A stretch of 64,000 nucleotides of DNA from Octopus vulgaris (GCA_951406725.2 OX597823.1:66650001-66714000); one strand, 5' to 3'. Positions 12,407-27,163 are shown, counted from the first letter of the stretch. The notes: a model not told the origin generated them from the sequence alone. Program-made: numbers and translations.

Positions 12407-14924
12407 TTGCCAAATATCTAATTCTTCTTTAGTAAATTTGTTAATGATGTTCTGTTCTATTGTATTCTATGTCCCAACTTTTCCGCACGTCACCACTTAA
12501 AATGTTTTGTCTCCAAACTAATTACCTCACTAAATCTTTCAGAGGCATACACATTCCTTAAATTGACTTTTTGTCGTCTCCTCTTTAGAATTATAGGCCT
12601 GAAATGTTTCATTTGGAATATAAATATGGGAAGCCTCACCAAACTTAGGATGTCTACAAAGATTATGGGAAGTAATAAAATTACCAATCTCCATTTAGAT
12701 ATATTTCTAATGAAGCTGTAATTTGAGTGTAGTAAATGACATAAAGGCACTCCCATCTACCTATCGCAGGTCAATTTTGTCACAAGGCTATTTCGTCACC
12801 ATACAAACCGTCACCATTTCCTGCGTCAGAATGCTGCCAGGTTATTAACTGGTGTTTAAACAAAGCATTGATAAATGTTTTTCATTATAAAACTTAAACA
12901 GAGGTACTGGTCTCCCGCGACGTTGGTTGTTTCACACTACTATACAGATGACGATGACATTCTTGTGCAGAAAACATGCAGTAATTATGTAAGAATCAAA
13001 GACGAAAATATGTTTGTATTGATAACTATACTTTTACTCATACTGTTATTTCATGAGAATATCGGGTTGGTTATAATATATACTTTGAACAGATACATGG
13101 ACATCTTCCGTAAATATGGTACACTCCAACAAATAGATTTTGGTATGTAATATGTATATTTTCCCGCCAACTGCCAGACTTGCAATAGCAAATGCAAATT
13201 CCTGGTGAATAGTAAACAATATAAGGAATTTTATGGTCGATGTTATTTTTCTCTTAACTCATTTTCCTACTAGTTATCTCTAAACGTTAAGGCCGCTTAG
13301 GTTAAATATTTACATGAAAATAAGTATAGGTCTATAATAGGTTTTCGTACTGAATTTTATTTTGCAGCGAAGGTTTCTAATCTTTTCTAAGGGTACTAAT
13401 CCGCTACTAGATCTCGCTAAATGGTATTATGTCCTTACCGCACACATTGTTGTAAGGATAAATATGAATTAATTTCCACCCTGTGCCTATAAAATCACTG
13501 GCGTAGATAAAACAGAAATATTCTTGAACTGGCAGTGACGGGAGTTCCCTATATCGACTTACTGGAGTCTTACCGATACATATTTATTATTGAGATTTTG
13601 ATTTGGATCATTGAGAAAAAATGAAATTTAAACGTTCCATTAGGAATAGATTAAGATTTATATTCTCTGCCACGAAATCACTTATGAATCTGTTAACTAA
13701 TATGATTTGACCCTTCGATTTAGCAAGAAACGCCTGGCTTGTGGTTTAGCAAATTGGGCATAATTATTTACAGAATTTTAACTGAGCTGAGAACACATAT
13801 TGTTTTAAAAAAGTTTTTTTCTGTTAATAACCATTCAAGAACTTCCATATTCAATGAAGACCACTCAGTTTAGCAATGTTTATCATGCCTGAAATATACT
13901 GACATAGTTACTGTACTGGTAAATGCTGAGGCTGTAAAAACGTGCCTTTCATATACTGCAGGAATCGAAATTATTCAGTCACGAACAAAATATTCATGAA
14001 TGACTATTTGCATAGTGCTTTAAATAAATTTTGAAAACTGAATAAATTGCAAATTGAAAAAAAATTGAATTAATATTTGAATAAAACTAAAGCATTCCGA
14101 AAATAAAATCGTGAAAAGTAATGGAAATATAATTTATGAACAGGAAAATAATCAAAAAGAAAATTATAATGAAAGTAAAGAAACTTCAGCTGGAGAATCT
14201 AAAGCTATGATTAAAAGAACAAAAGAGAAGGAACAGAAAGCCACGCTGCAAATTCAGAAAGCTATAGTGTTTGCAAATTGTATGATGTCCATTTGGTTTT
14301 GTATGGTTGTTCTATAGTAACAGTGGTGGTTGCCTTATAGTAACACAACCGGCTGTTTATATCATACGTCTTCTTTTAGTCATTATAAGCTGTATTCTTC
14401 AAGTGTAACTGGCAGTGAACTGCTTGAGCGTTGAATGGTTTGAACAATAGATCTCTGAAAGAAATAGATCACACACAGGATTACGAAGTATTTCACCTGA
14501 TTGTTGTCATTCCTTCATAACGATCGAATTGCTGAAGTACAGATAAGTCTGAGCTCAAATCTTGTTAAACAACAGATAGAAGTTTGAAAGTTGGAGACAC
14601 GATAATTCCTAAATTAACTAACATTTGTAGATGAGAAAGAGATCAATCATTGTTGGGAGATTAGTGCGTTCATGTAGGTAGCAGTATGATAAGAGATTAA
14701 AAGAAGTTGAAAGAGACGGAATCAAATTTAGAATAGCATCGATGGTTTCAATTCCAGACTAAAATTAGTCGAACAAATTATTGTTGGTAGCGAAAGTGTG
14801 AAAGCCAGCAGAACGAATAATAATTGGAGTAACAAGGAAAGCACACACAAAAGAGCATTAAAAAAGTATTAAAAGCCATGTTCATAATTTAAACATTGTC
14901 CCTCTTCTTAGTTTCAAGCTTCTG

Positions 14925-15195
14925 CTCGTTTCAACGACCACGAGTGTTCCAGTTCATACGAACAACGAAACAGCTAGTTAGTAAGACCAACTTGCAAGTT
15001 GTTGAGTAAGCTACAAACGCGCGTACCCCTAACGTAGTTCTCTGGAAGATTCAGCGTGACACAGAATGTCGCAATGCTGGCCCTTTCGAAATACAGTCAC
15101 CGCTCATTTTTGTCTTGCTCGAGGTCACGACGCGCCGCCGAACTCGCGACCATGCTATCGTGAGCCGAATAACCTAACCACTAAGCCACGCGCCT
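14925..15195 (-). mobile_element. SINE family A, degraded copy
   Basis: Reverse complement of head (CTAACCACTAAGCCACGCGCC) and tail (GTACCCCTAACGTAGTTCTC, ATTCAGCGTGACACAGA). Confidence 0.75.
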
Positions 15196-15299
15196 TGATT
15201 TTATGCCTCAATAAAAGATGGCGCATGAAAACCCGAGATTCAGAATGGAGTTAGCGCGAGACATGTATAGAAACACACACACCACACACAACCATATAT

Positions 15300-15352
15300 A
15301 TGTTTATGTGTGTGTATGTGTGTGCGTTTGAGTGTGTGTGTGTATACATACA

Positions 15353-15449
<97 letters not shown>

Positions 15450-15454
15450 GTACA

Positions 15455-15492
<38 letters not shown>

Positions 15493-15527
15493 AGAGAGAG
15501 AGAGAAAGAGAGAGGGGGAGAGAGAGA
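15300..15527. repeat. (TG)n-(TA)n-(GA)n compound microsatellite
   Basis: Direct reading. Confidence 0.95.
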
Positions 15528-15529
15528 TA

Positions 15530-16860
15530 CAGAGTAAACCTTGAGTACGAGTGCACCATTGTGCGAGTATTTTGCTGCACGTGCCGAGGCTCGTGCGGAT
15601 TTTTATCTTGAAGTACGAGCGAGTTTCATACAAGCGACCGTTAGATGGCGCTGAACTCGCACTATCTGCTCGCTCAGTTCACGTGTAACAGCATCCCTAT
15701 TGTGTTTTTTCCAGTGTTTTTGATCAGCCTTGTGCATTTCTGCTATCATTTTATAATAATTATTAGTGTTAGCCATAAATCTTAATAATGTTTGTGCAAA
15801 GGAAAATGCTGTAAGGAAGAAAAAGCTGATTACAATAGAATTGAAGAAGGAAATCATTGATAAACATGAGAGAGGAGCGTGTGTAGAAAAATAGGACTTC
15901 AATACGAACGAAGCAGGTCGACGATCTGCACCACTCTGAAGAAAAAGGACGAGATCAAGACCGGTAAAGTTTGTCTCCAGCATCTAAACGCAAAGCACAC
16001 TGTGCACGAAGAGAGGGAAAAATTCCTTCGTCTGTGGAGCAACTCGCAGGGGATACGATTACAGAAAGTATCATCTGCAAGAAAGCACGACCGCTGTATG
16101 GGGATCTGAAGAAGAACCCTGGAATATCGACAGAGGAGATATTAGCAGATGCATTTAGGCACAGTTGTGGCTGGTTTGATAATTTCAAGAATAGGACAGA
16201 TGCTTATAGCACCGTCAGGTACGGAGAAGCAGCGAGTTCTGACATGAAAGCAGCTGAGGTTTTCGTGCGTGAATACCGTCAGCTCATCGCAGCCGAGGGG
16301 TACATTTCACAACAGGTATTCAACTGTGAGGAAACTGGCCTTTTGTGGGGAGCAAATGCCCAGAGGAACTTGCGTAACTGCAGAGGAGAATAAAATGCCC
16401 GGCCACAAGCCTATGAAAGATAATTAAATCTCGTCCTTTGCGCCAATGCGAGTGCAGACTTGAAGATTAAGCGGCTCTTTGTCTACCATTCTGAAAATCC
16501 ACGAGCGTTGAAGTCGCACAAAATCCTGAAGGAAAAGCTATATGTCATATCGTGGGCAAACGTTAAAGCCTCGTCACCAGGCAATTCTTCGAGTGCGTCA
16601 ACCTTGCCCTCGAACCAGCGGTGAAAAAGAATCTTCTGGAGAACGATCTTCTTCTCAAGGCCCTCCTCATCCTCGACTATGTCCCTGCTCGATCTCCTAA
16701 CCCCGAAGATGATATTCTGGACGAATTTAAATTTATAAAAGTTATGTACTTTTCACGCAACACCACCCCTATTTTGCAGCCCATGGATCAACATGTGGTT
16801 CCTAATTTTAAGAAAGCACCTGTTTTGTCAGTGCTTTGAAGTCACCGAAAATACAAATCC
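15530..16860 (+). mobile_element. Tigger/pogo DNA transposon with disrupted transposase (Tigger1/TIGD1-like), 3' truncated
   Basis: TA|CAG left end; RKKKLITIELKKEIIDKHERG (CENP-B-type HTH), GWFDNFKNR, YGEAASSD, QQVFNCEETGLLW, PGHKPMK, VYHSENPRALK, ALLILD, NTTPILQPMDQ (DDE_1 domain); multiple frameshifts and stops. Confidence 0.9.
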
Positions 16861-16904
16861 TTCTTCAATTCTATCGTAATCAGCATTTTCTTCTTCTCAG
16901 CATT

Positions 16905-17055
16905 GACCTTTGAACAAACGAAAGACGAAGACAGGTGTATAAACAACAGAAACGTGTATTAGTAATGCTCGGGAAGGCGAGAAAGTCTTTTATGTTTCGA
17001 GCCTACGCTCTTCAACACAAAGGTACACGAGGAAATAAACGATGAGTGAATAAAC
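16905..17055 (-). mobile_element. Penelope-like terminal-repeat fragment carrying a hammerhead-like motif
   Basis: Homologous to 19735-19875 and 41990-42145; see findings. Confidence 0.5.
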
Positions 17056-17452
17056 AATACTTTAGGAGCTAGAGGTCAATCATACATACATTCATGCATA
17101 CATGCATACATACATGCAAAAATACATATATGCATCATACATAGATACATACATGCATATATACATATATACATATACACACATTGACATTTAGCTAGAT
17201 ACTGTGGATAGTTAGATATTACCGGGTTAGATAATCCGTGAATCTAATCACCTTTGCTAATGTTGACTTCTTCAGAATCAGTTAGCTTATAGATATACAT
17301 GGGAACCCCTTGTGGATAAGAGAATGTGCTTCGTATTTCAGATGCTTAATGCTAACTAAAAGATAGGCTTTAGTTACACAGAATGGATTAGCACTTAGAA
17401 GTATATATACCCTATGTCTAAATGTAAGTATATATATATATGTATGTGTGTA

Positions 17453-17494
<42 letters not shown>

Positions 17495-17786
17495 TATATA
17501 GTATATATATATATAATATTCATATATATATATACATGTATGTATATGTATGTATATATATATGTATATGTATGTAGGTATGTATATATATATATATACA
17601 TATATATATGTATGTATATGAAATGTGTGTTTATGTATTATATATTCACATATATATATATATATATATATCTCCTCTCACGCGTAGAGATACATACACA
17701 CATAGCACATTGAAACTCAAAAGTACATGCATACCCACATATATATGTACATACATGCATACATGGATACATGCATACATTGAGAA

Positions 17787-17823
<37 letters not shown>

Positions 17824-18761
17824 CACGCATATGCGTGTATGTGTGCATGTGTACATGTATAAATATATGTGTATGTGTGTGTGCATGTTTATGTGTGTCT
17901 GACTGTGAGGACCTGACGGCAAGAGGGAAAAATGTTGAGCGATCCAGGGAGACACAGAAAGAGCGGTAAGTGGAATGGAGTTACAGAAAGAGAAAGCTTA
18001 AGAAATATGTCTTTTCTTCGTATAATTTGTGTTCCATTTTCTTTCCCTTAGTGTCTTAACAGTTATTGATATTTGAAGCTGAAAGCAGAAGAGAAGAAAT
18101 AAAAAGAATGCATTTATTTGTAAAATTGACATGACTGACTAAGGATTTTCTAAAACGCTACAGGATCAAAGGAAAACGTTTATATTCTATATTTCCTTAT
18201 ATTTCTCTATGTTCTTAGTTATAATCCGACCGATATCTTCTTTGCCTTTGATTCATCGCCTTTCGATAAAATAGTGACAAGTCATGTAATGTGAGGATTC
18301 AAACGGTTTATAAACATTTGCAATAAATTTTAGATCTTGCGACAATATATGGAAATTATAAATTGGATACTGCACGTGCTATAACTATATAGCGCTTTAA
18401 CGTTAATGATTGATATCGAATATGTTATAGAAAGCAACGTTTATAAGATTGAAACAACAATAGGAATTAAGCTACCAAATGGCCAACAAGTTTTTCGGTC
18501 CAGTGTAATGCATTTCCCATGGCCTAGTATTTCTGACTGAAGAAGGCGAACGTTTCCTTTCTGCTAATAGTGTCGTTTTGGTCCCATCGTAAATCGGAAT
18601 CTTTTCCTGCATGGTGTATAACAACAAGGTAGTTATAAACTAGATAAGCTTTTAAAATAGCGTGAATATTATAATCGTATAGTAAAGACATGACTGTGTG
18701 ACTGATGGTTACTTACGTATCTCTTGAACGCTAAATGTCGGGAGGCGTACATGTAATGTAA

Positions 18762-19156
18762 TCTCTCTCTATATATAAAACTGAAGTTGTCTGTGTATAG
18801 CAGGTTTGGTAGCCTTCAACTAACACTATCTCCTCCGAGACCCTACGATGCAAGTTGACCAAAATTGAGAGTATGATAGAAGAAGGCTTGTTCTTCATTC
18901 CGTAGCAGATAAAATTCAAATCGGACCATGTTAACACCAAAAATTATTTACATCAAAAATGTGCTATTTTTCTATGAAAATCCCTATATTTTACGATTTT
19001 TTTTACTGCTGTGTCGCCATTTTTCGGTATATTTCAACCAGAAAAGTGTTCACTTAAAGAGAATAACAAGCTACATATTGCAAAATTTTTACTTTTCAAA
19101 AATTCCAATTCTAAAGGGTCGAAACAAATCCGAGTAAAGCCGGGCGATACTGCTAG
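18762..19156 (+). mobile_element. Non-autonomous Helitron (subfamily 2)
   Basis: A|TC 5' end, 3' CCGAGTAAAGCCGGG hairpin then CGATACTGCTAG|T, no TSD; termini shared with 37732-38127. Confidence 0.8.
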
Positions 19157-19487
19157 TTTACATATACATACGTGTGTGACTGTGTGTGTGTATGTGTGCG
19201 TATGCGTGTTTGTGCGTACGCCGTTCCGTTCGTTCGTCCTCTCGAACGTTCCATTTCTTCCTCGCCTGTGCCTATACGCCGTCGTCACTGCCGTGCGCCT
19301 GTACGCATTTGTTCAAGCAACCGGAACGACCTCATCGCAAGTACCTTCCGCGGTCGATCGCACACACACACACACGCATACACACACACACACGCACACA
19401 AATGGTAATTTACTAAGAGAATTTCGGTATCTGCTTGAATATTATATCCCACCTCTTATATATATATATATATATATAACTCTTTAC

Positions 19488-19705
19488 TTTTTCCTCTTTT
19501 AACTGTTTCAGTCATTTGACAGAGGCCATGCTGAAGCACCTCCTTTAGTCCACCAAATCGAGCCCAGGACTTATTCTTTCTAAGCCTAGTACATATTCTA
19601 TCGGTCTCTTTTGTTGAACCGCTAAGTTACGGGGACGTAAACACACCAACATCGGTTCTCAAGCGATGGTGGGGCGACAAAGACAGACACACAAATGCAT
19701 ACATA
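19488..19705 (-). mobile_element. SINE family C, 3' half
   Basis: Reverse complement of 12040-12250. Confidence 0.8.
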
Positions 19706-19734
19706 TATGGTAGATCCCTAGCTACTAAACCCTT

Positions 19735-19873
19735 TTTATCTTCTCTCCCTGTTTATTTCTGTGTTCCTTTCTGTCGAAGAGCGTAAAAGACTTTCTTACT
19801 TCCAGAGCGTTAAAGTAATAAATATGTTTGTTGCTTACACACCAGTCTTTGCCTTTTGTTTTCTTGTAAATTC

Positions 19874-19875
<2 letters not shown>
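19735..19875 (+). mobile_element. Penelope-like terminal-repeat fragment; hammerhead-like motif internally deleted
   Basis: Homologous to 41990-42145; runs into a (TA)n array. Confidence 0.5.
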
Positions 19876-19941
<66 letters not shown>

Positions 19942-20789
19942 CGAAGTGTTTCTTTCAGTTTCCGTCTACCAAATCCAGTCATATATATATACGCATGCAA
20001 GTATATATAAAAATACATTCATACACAAATATACACGCATACACACACATATATAATTAGATTCTTATTTTGTCGGCTGCTTAATTTTGTCTAACACTTT
20101 AGTTTAAACTATCTCACCACATTTGTATATTTATGTCTATGCACTTTCCTCAGTAGTATCCGCCGGGGTGGGCCTGGCGTAAACTCACATAAACGAAAAT
20201 CGCAATAGAGCAAAGGACATCATTTTCTGAGATATTCTATCCCCTAATCTCCCAGTTAACGCTATTCGGCACACAAATATTTTATATTTTAACAGCTTTT
20301 CAAATTTAACTTCTCAAATTGCATATCGAACCGTAATATTTTCTGTTTTTCTGGGCGAGCTATAAATAAGTTAGCATCATAAAGCAAATCAATTTGGAAT
20401 CAATACCATATCGAACTCTCTCCCTCCTTCTCTCTCTCACTCACACGCTCTCCATCCACCAGCTCTATCTATATATAAATATATGAGTGTGTGCGTGCAT
20501 ATGTTGATAGTAACGCCTTCTCCTAAAGCAGATTCACTCAACTGAATTTTCTAACCGATTGAATGAAAGGCCTTTATTATGATCTGTTTAATATTACTAG
20601 CGTTAAGGACTGTGATCAAAGAATAAAAATAGAACAACCCTTAAAGTGATGAAAAAAGAAAACAGTTTCGATTCAAAGTGGAATCATTCATTCCGATGCA
20701 CATATATTCAACATATGAATACGAGACACTTATATATGAAATCTTTCCATTTATCTCTCCTTCTCCCTTACTCATTCTCTTCTTCGATA

Positions 20790-20821
20790 TACATACACAC
20801 ACACACACATATATGTATATG

Positions 20822-20880
<59 letters not shown>

Positions 20881-20918
20881 TGTATGTATAAATGTGTGTG
20901 AATATATATATGTGCATA

Positions 20919-20971
<53 letters not shown>

Positions 20972-21012
20972 TGATACACGCACATATACATATGTGCGTG
21001 TGTATATATATA
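20790..21012. repeat. (CA)n/(TA)n microsatellite cluster
   Basis: Direct reading. Confidence 0.9.
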
Positions 21013-23499
21013 TTGTAACCAATATTTGTTTTTTCTGTTTCCCATTAAGACTTGAGTTGCTAAACTTTTGGAACGTGACATTATATCAAATCCCACTCCC
21101 TTATAACTATCTTTCAATTGTAACTAACTCGTTGTAGGATCTTTATTCCTATCCCTCTGTTGCATCTTTGGCAAAGTCTAACGCTATCAGTTGTGAAGTT
21201 TCGTCCTTGTTTTGAAGTTTCTCCTCTAGATGTTCCTTTGAATGGGCTTCGGGCTACGCAAATCGTAGTTAAGGTTAAGGATGATTGTCCTAACTTCGGA
21301 CACAGTAGTGTGATATTTGTTGATACAAGCCTCATCTAGTCAGCCGAGCAGCTGTTTAATGCGTGTGTACTTAACTATTAGTTTCTATAGAAGAATGAGG
21401 CAATACTATAAGTCGATTCGTGTTAAAAATTTTTATTGAGACCTAACTCGTGTCTGTATCGAATTCTGGAAAATATGGCACTGTGAATAATGCCTATGGC
21501 AATTCTTTCTTATTTCTTTTGATTGTTTATATGTTTGGGCTTTCAAAATACTTTATGAATATCAAAATTTAATCTCTCACAAATATAAAATTGTATTTTG
21601 GCTTTAAATTAAAATTCATTGAAAGAGAAGCCTTTTAAATGAAAATTAGCGATTTCTCGCTTAAGACTAAAAGAAGTGATTCACCGTAATATTACTTGTA
21701 CTTACTGTGGCGACCAACAAGGGTGGGTGATTGATAGAATCGTATCTCATCGATGTTATCTTAACCCTACATCCTTTTAGTTTTCGACTAAATTAAATAC
21801 AAATCAGTAGTGAGGTCGATTTTTCTTTCATATAACACATTCTATATCTGAGTGGAAATATAATATAAGACTGAGTCTAAGTAGTTTGGATCTAGTTGAA
21901 GCCACACATCATATGATATGACAAGGTGGAATTCATTTTCAGCGATATGCCATTTCTGTTTATATATCTTTTGCAACGGCTTATTAAAAGAAGGTCAGCA
22001 GACATGGTACTTTGCACGCCCTCCGAGAATGGTCGGTGGAAGAGAGATGGAGAATGAGGAAGAGAGAGAGAGAGGGAGAGGGAAGGAGGGAGAAAGAGTC
22101 TTATGACCGGCGTCAAGGTCTCATACTCGCAGGGATTCCATTCTGCTAAGTGTATACTCATATGTCAGGTGGTACTGTTAAATCGGGCAAATCCTTAAGT
22201 CTTCTACATGGACAGATGAATAGATTTTCTGACGAATTACCAACGTTTCTATCTATTAGTTTTTACTCACAATGCTTTGTCAACCGAAAAGTTTAATAAA
22301 CGTCGATTGTCTAAGGTGGGACTTAATAAGAAACATTGTATTTGCGAATTCAAAATACACTGAGCAATTTACTTGCGAAGCGAATTTCTTAAACATCAGT
22401 TGCACAGCCACCCATAATAATTTCTACAATGTAACATGATTAAAATAGGCGTTATCTATCATATAACGTCATACTATGATTTCTCTTAGATAACGTTCAG
22501 AGAATGTAAAAAAAAGTTGACATTAAGCTGAACATGAGTGCTTCTATCTAGTATTGCATCTATATTCATATCTTACTGGCTTATTGGTCTCAGTGGTAAT
22601 ACTGTAAATGACAGCTCTAATTAATTGCATTTTGATATATTTATCAGAACGGATATCCAAGTTTAATTATCATATTTAAATTTAGATTGGAAGTATTCGG
22701 TATTATATTAAGAAATCTTCTGTTTTTCTTGCTAGAAACTATATTTTCTCGTTTAAAGTATCTTATCTAACTCAAAAAAACATCATAGTAGTATTTTCTT
22801 ATTAGCCACAGTTTCTGAATGACACTTCATCAGAATCTTATTACTGTCGTTCAGATACAAATAAGACATGCCGGAAAATCTAATGGGCATAGGTATTTCG
22901 TCCATGACGTCATGTCTTCTGTTTTAGTTTAATTAAGATTACATTGTACAATATACCTTTCCCTTGGTTGTTTGTTCTAGACGCTCGAGTGTCGTTGGAG
23001 AGATTTTCTCGTGTCTTCGATGATGCTCCATTAGAGTACTGTGAGTACATTAAATACATCTTCGTGAATTTGTATATTAAGGTTGGCTTAAATTTTTATA
23101 CCAGTAATGTATGTTCAGAGGAGACTCGTGAAATATTTACGCACAGATTTTATCTCTGGGAGCAGTTACTCTTCTTGAAATATCAATGATGATATCAGCA
23201 GTAGTATTTCTCATGCACTTTCTCGGTTTAGTGTCCATAACACTTTGCATGCACCCCGTCCCCGAGATAGCTGTGAAGTAAGAAGATATCATCAAACCGA
23301 ATAGTTGACCTGCATGCTTGCCGCCGAAAAGATTTCTACAACAAATATCAAAGAATTTGCAGGTCACCACCTAATTAGGCCATGCTAAGATTTGAACTCT
23401 AAATCGCAATGAAACGAACAAATACTGCAATGCAGCCCGTATGAGATTATAACTATTCTTCCTATCTGCTGATCCGTGCTATTATGTTATGTACCGACG

Positions 23500-24210
23500 T
23501 CAGGTGGTGAGCTGGCAGAATAGTTAAGACATCGGCCAAAATGCTTATTGACATTTCTTCCGGATTTACGTTCTAAGTTCAAATGCTGCCGAGTTCAAGT
23601 TTGACTTTCATAATTTCAGGGCTAATTAAATAAGAAGCAATCGAACAATCATCTTTGCTTCCTCCACTAAAATTGCCACCTTGCGCCACAATTTGAAACC
23701 ATAATGTAAGGATCTGGCAGAATCGCTAGCGCGTCAGACAGAATGCTAAGCACCAATTCTTCTGGTTCTTTACGATTTGGACCCAAAATCAGTCGAGTTA
23801 GACATTGTCTTTCATCCTTTCAGAGACCATAAAATAAGTACCAATTGAGCACTCATCTGTACACCCACCCAACCCACTGCCCCTAAAACTGGTGGCCTTG
23901 TGTCAAAATTTTAAGCAATTATTTGCTGACTACAGAAGAAATGAAAAGCGAAGTTGAGCTAGGCCAGATTTGAACTCAGAAGGAAAGGCGCAGGGATATA
24001 TTCCTCTAGATATTTCATGTGACACTCTAACATCACTGCCAGGGAACTAACGACAGAATTAACGAAGTATCGCTGAAATTGCTTCATGGTATTTAGTTCT
24101 AATCCTGTATATGTCAAACTTACTTTTCATGTTCCCAGAGTCAATAGAATGAACATGTCAAGATCAATCTATTCAAATGTGGCACCGAATGTATAGCACC
24201 AGCTTCAAAA
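23500..24210. mobile_element. Cluster of degraded SINE family B copies: 23503-23700 (+), 23707-23915 (+), ~23940-24040 (-), ~24040-24210 (+)
   Basis: Repeated GAGCTGGCAGAAT, TTTCATCCTTT and AAATAAGTACCA motifs. Confidence 0.65.
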
Positions 24211-25586
24211 GTAAAACCATTAGTTTGTTATTATTGATAGATACGTTCACTAATATATATATATACACAAACACACATATATATTGGTCTTTGTTTTTAC
24301 GTGTATTTATATATAACAATCAAGATTTTAAAGTGAAGGATTGCTCGAAATTTTACTGTACAGTATGGGATATTATTTATAAAAGGAAAAGATTGGCAAC
24401 TACTACTTCGAAATTCTATCTAGCCTTCGTCTGACTGTGTGACCTTGTATCCTTTACAGTTACATAACCGAAATATTTTGAAATTTATCTGAAGTGCTAA
24501 GTTTTTACAACGAAGGGATTCATCATTCTATATACCCTTTCGTTTCTAAATATATTCTGGTGAGATTTGGCTCTCATATCCAACTCTTCATGTAATACGC
24601 AGAAGCTCGACGCTTTGTTGTTGTTGCACTATTCAGCGCACGATTGCAAATTATATTCGTTTCCCCGAAGAATGATGTTAGAATAAGAGGATATTACTAG
24701 CGAACTATCCTTCAGAAAATTCATATTTCAAACGTAATCGTATAATTGCTGTTGAGCCAACACTATACTAAGCATTGCAAACCATACTTTCGTTTTACAA
24801 ATTATTGCAGTCTTGATTAGAGTAAATCTATCGAAAGTGTATTCAATTAAGAACAACCTCATTTATTGCCAACAATCTAACCTATCATGGTATCTACAGA
24901 GCAGTGTCACAGCCAACTGGTGAAAATTAAACACACAATTTCCTTCAGAATGCGAAATGTAAAATTACTTCGGTTTAATTTAATTTCTTCTAGATACGTT
25001 TTCAGCTACGCATGTGTGAATTTGTTTAACCCCATTACGCTTTCTCTTAATGACTTTAAAGTAATTAAAGCTGCTGTGATAATGAGGAACGTATAGCAAT
25101 TAGAGTTTTAAAGGGATGTTTTCCAATTCTTCTCCTGTTGCCCATTAAATATAAATTACATCTGATGTTGCCAGAACAGCAAATTCACGGGTAGCATGAT
25201 GAATAACCTGTAACTACAGCAGAGATAATGTATTTTATGGATGCCATTATGGTTACCTGCATTGAGAGAAATTTCAAAAATAGAATTAAATGTGTGTTCT
25301 ATGTTCACTTAATCTGTTGGCAAAGGTTTAGAGCTGGAATTAATCAGTGGCAATTCAACGAGGATATGTTTGCCCTTTAAAAGTATAAGACACCACATCC
25401 AAAGAGATGCAAGATTTCTTATGAATTGCATTGCCAGCTACATAAACATGATGAAATTTTAAGTTGCTTTAGCATGGTAGTTGTGATAACCCTTGTCTAT
25501 GATTCGTCCAATAACATATATCGAAATAAAGTTAAAACCGAAGTTATAAGCCATAAGTATTATATATCTGCTTCCAAAATCAACAA

Positions 25587-26022
25587 AATGTTTCTTGGTC
25601 TCAAGCATTTGACTTATGAAGAAAGGCTGAAGACGCTCGACCTTTATTCTCTAGAAAAACGACGACGCCGTGCTGATCTCATCCTCGCTCACAACATCAT
25701 AAGCGGAAAGTGTAACCTCTCGAAAGAGCTGTTCTTCACTCCTGCTCCAAAGCGTCGGCTGCGAGGTCACTCCGTAAAGCTCTATCTGCGACGATTTCAT
25801 CTCAATCGAAGGAGAGGGGCTTTCTCCGTCCGGGTTGCGGATCCGTGGAATAAGCAGCCGGACGAGATAGTGAAGATGCCGATGACCGCTCGGTTCAAAG
25901 ACTCTCTTGACCAGAAATGGCCTGAACTCTTTGCATGAACACCCTCCCTGTACATAATTCCATGTCCTTCTACATAGCCTTGCTTTTGCTTTTTGAGCCA
26001 AAGAATTAACTTAACTTAACTT
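25587..26022 (+). mobile_element. CR1-clade LINE, 5'-truncated 3' end with intact frame and tail
   Basis: GLKHLTYEERLKTLDLYSLEKRRRRADLI...RLRGHSVKL...FSVRVADPWN (CR1 ORF2 C-terminus), stop at 25938, short 3' UTR and (TTAAC)n tail; AAAATG on both sides. Confidence 0.88.
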
Positions 26023-27069
26023 AAAATGGGACCGGATAAAAACACAACTAAGAGGATACGGATCAATGATTGTTTGAAAGATAAGACAATACCGTATCCA
26101 CATTAACATTAAACATCTATTTAGGCACAATATTAATTACGCGGGTAAGATGAATATGTATAAATACATCTAATACCGAACAAAATGACTCACCCATCCA
26201 TACTCTCATGCACATTTCTTTACAAAAATATCATACGTACACAACGCACACTCACGCGGATATTTACATGCAGGGCCATATAAAAATACAGACGAATTTT
26301 TTAAATATACACTTCCAAAACTGGCAGCTGAAATACCCACTCAAATATTTACACTCTGATTAAATTTATTCAACTATGTAAACCAAAAAACACAAAACCA
26401 ATGACATTGATATAATGGACTCTTCTTTCGAAGATGACGTGTGAGCATTCGTTTTTTTTTTTTTTTTGGTCGAACGACCTGCACAAAGGATTTGTTTAGA
26501 GTGATCAGATGTTCGTGTCGCACATTAGTTCACTATCTCCATCAAATCGACGTTGCCTTAACAGATGCATTGTGTACGATGCGTCAGGTGTCGAAGAGGT
26601 TGCAGAGTAACGGGAGATGAACTGTATTGCTCAAGCATGTGTGTTTGAGAAGAGGTGATGTATGTACGTCTGTAAAGGAAATCTTGTGTGTAGAGTTAGA
26701 TCTTTGACTGTTGAGTTTAGAAAAGCACGTAGAGCAAATGTAGTGGTGTGATTACTACTGAGTGTAATAATATTGCTCGGCATGATATATAGAGGAAGTA
26801 CATTCGAAATTAATATAAACACAATTTTATAGATATGTATTCGATTCAATTTTCAGAAGGCTTCTTTTTGAAGGAAAACCTATACGCCACAGGCGTAGCA
26901 TATCTGTATGTACACAATATAGTTTCAGTTTATACTTATATATTATAACTACGCAACCAACTTAAATGTACATGACTAAATACTAACGTAGTTATACTGA
27001 GACACACGCAAATAGATATATAAGCATTTATTTATATATTAACACAGAAGTACATCTATTTATATATCT

Positions 27070-27127
27070 ATGTATGTATGTATGGATCTATCTATCTGTC
27101 AAATTATCTATCTTTCTGGTCATTTAA

Positions 27128-27163
<36 letters not shown>

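Noticed and set aside
14111-14317. 68-aa K/E-rich ORF
   Set aside because: A-rich low-complexity sequence with a GTG start and no domain
14340-14800. Possible very old CR1/L2-like fragment on the minus strand, and a similar trace near 31920-32040
   Set aside because: Only faint motif resemblance; too degraded to call by eye
15530-16860. Domesticated TIGD/CENP-B-like host gene
   Set aside because: Multiple frameshifts and stops, altered catalytic motifs and truncation indicate a dead transposon
20150-20190. GC-rich motif resembling a Helitron 3' end on the minus strand
   Set aside because: No CTAG terminus and no matching 5' end found
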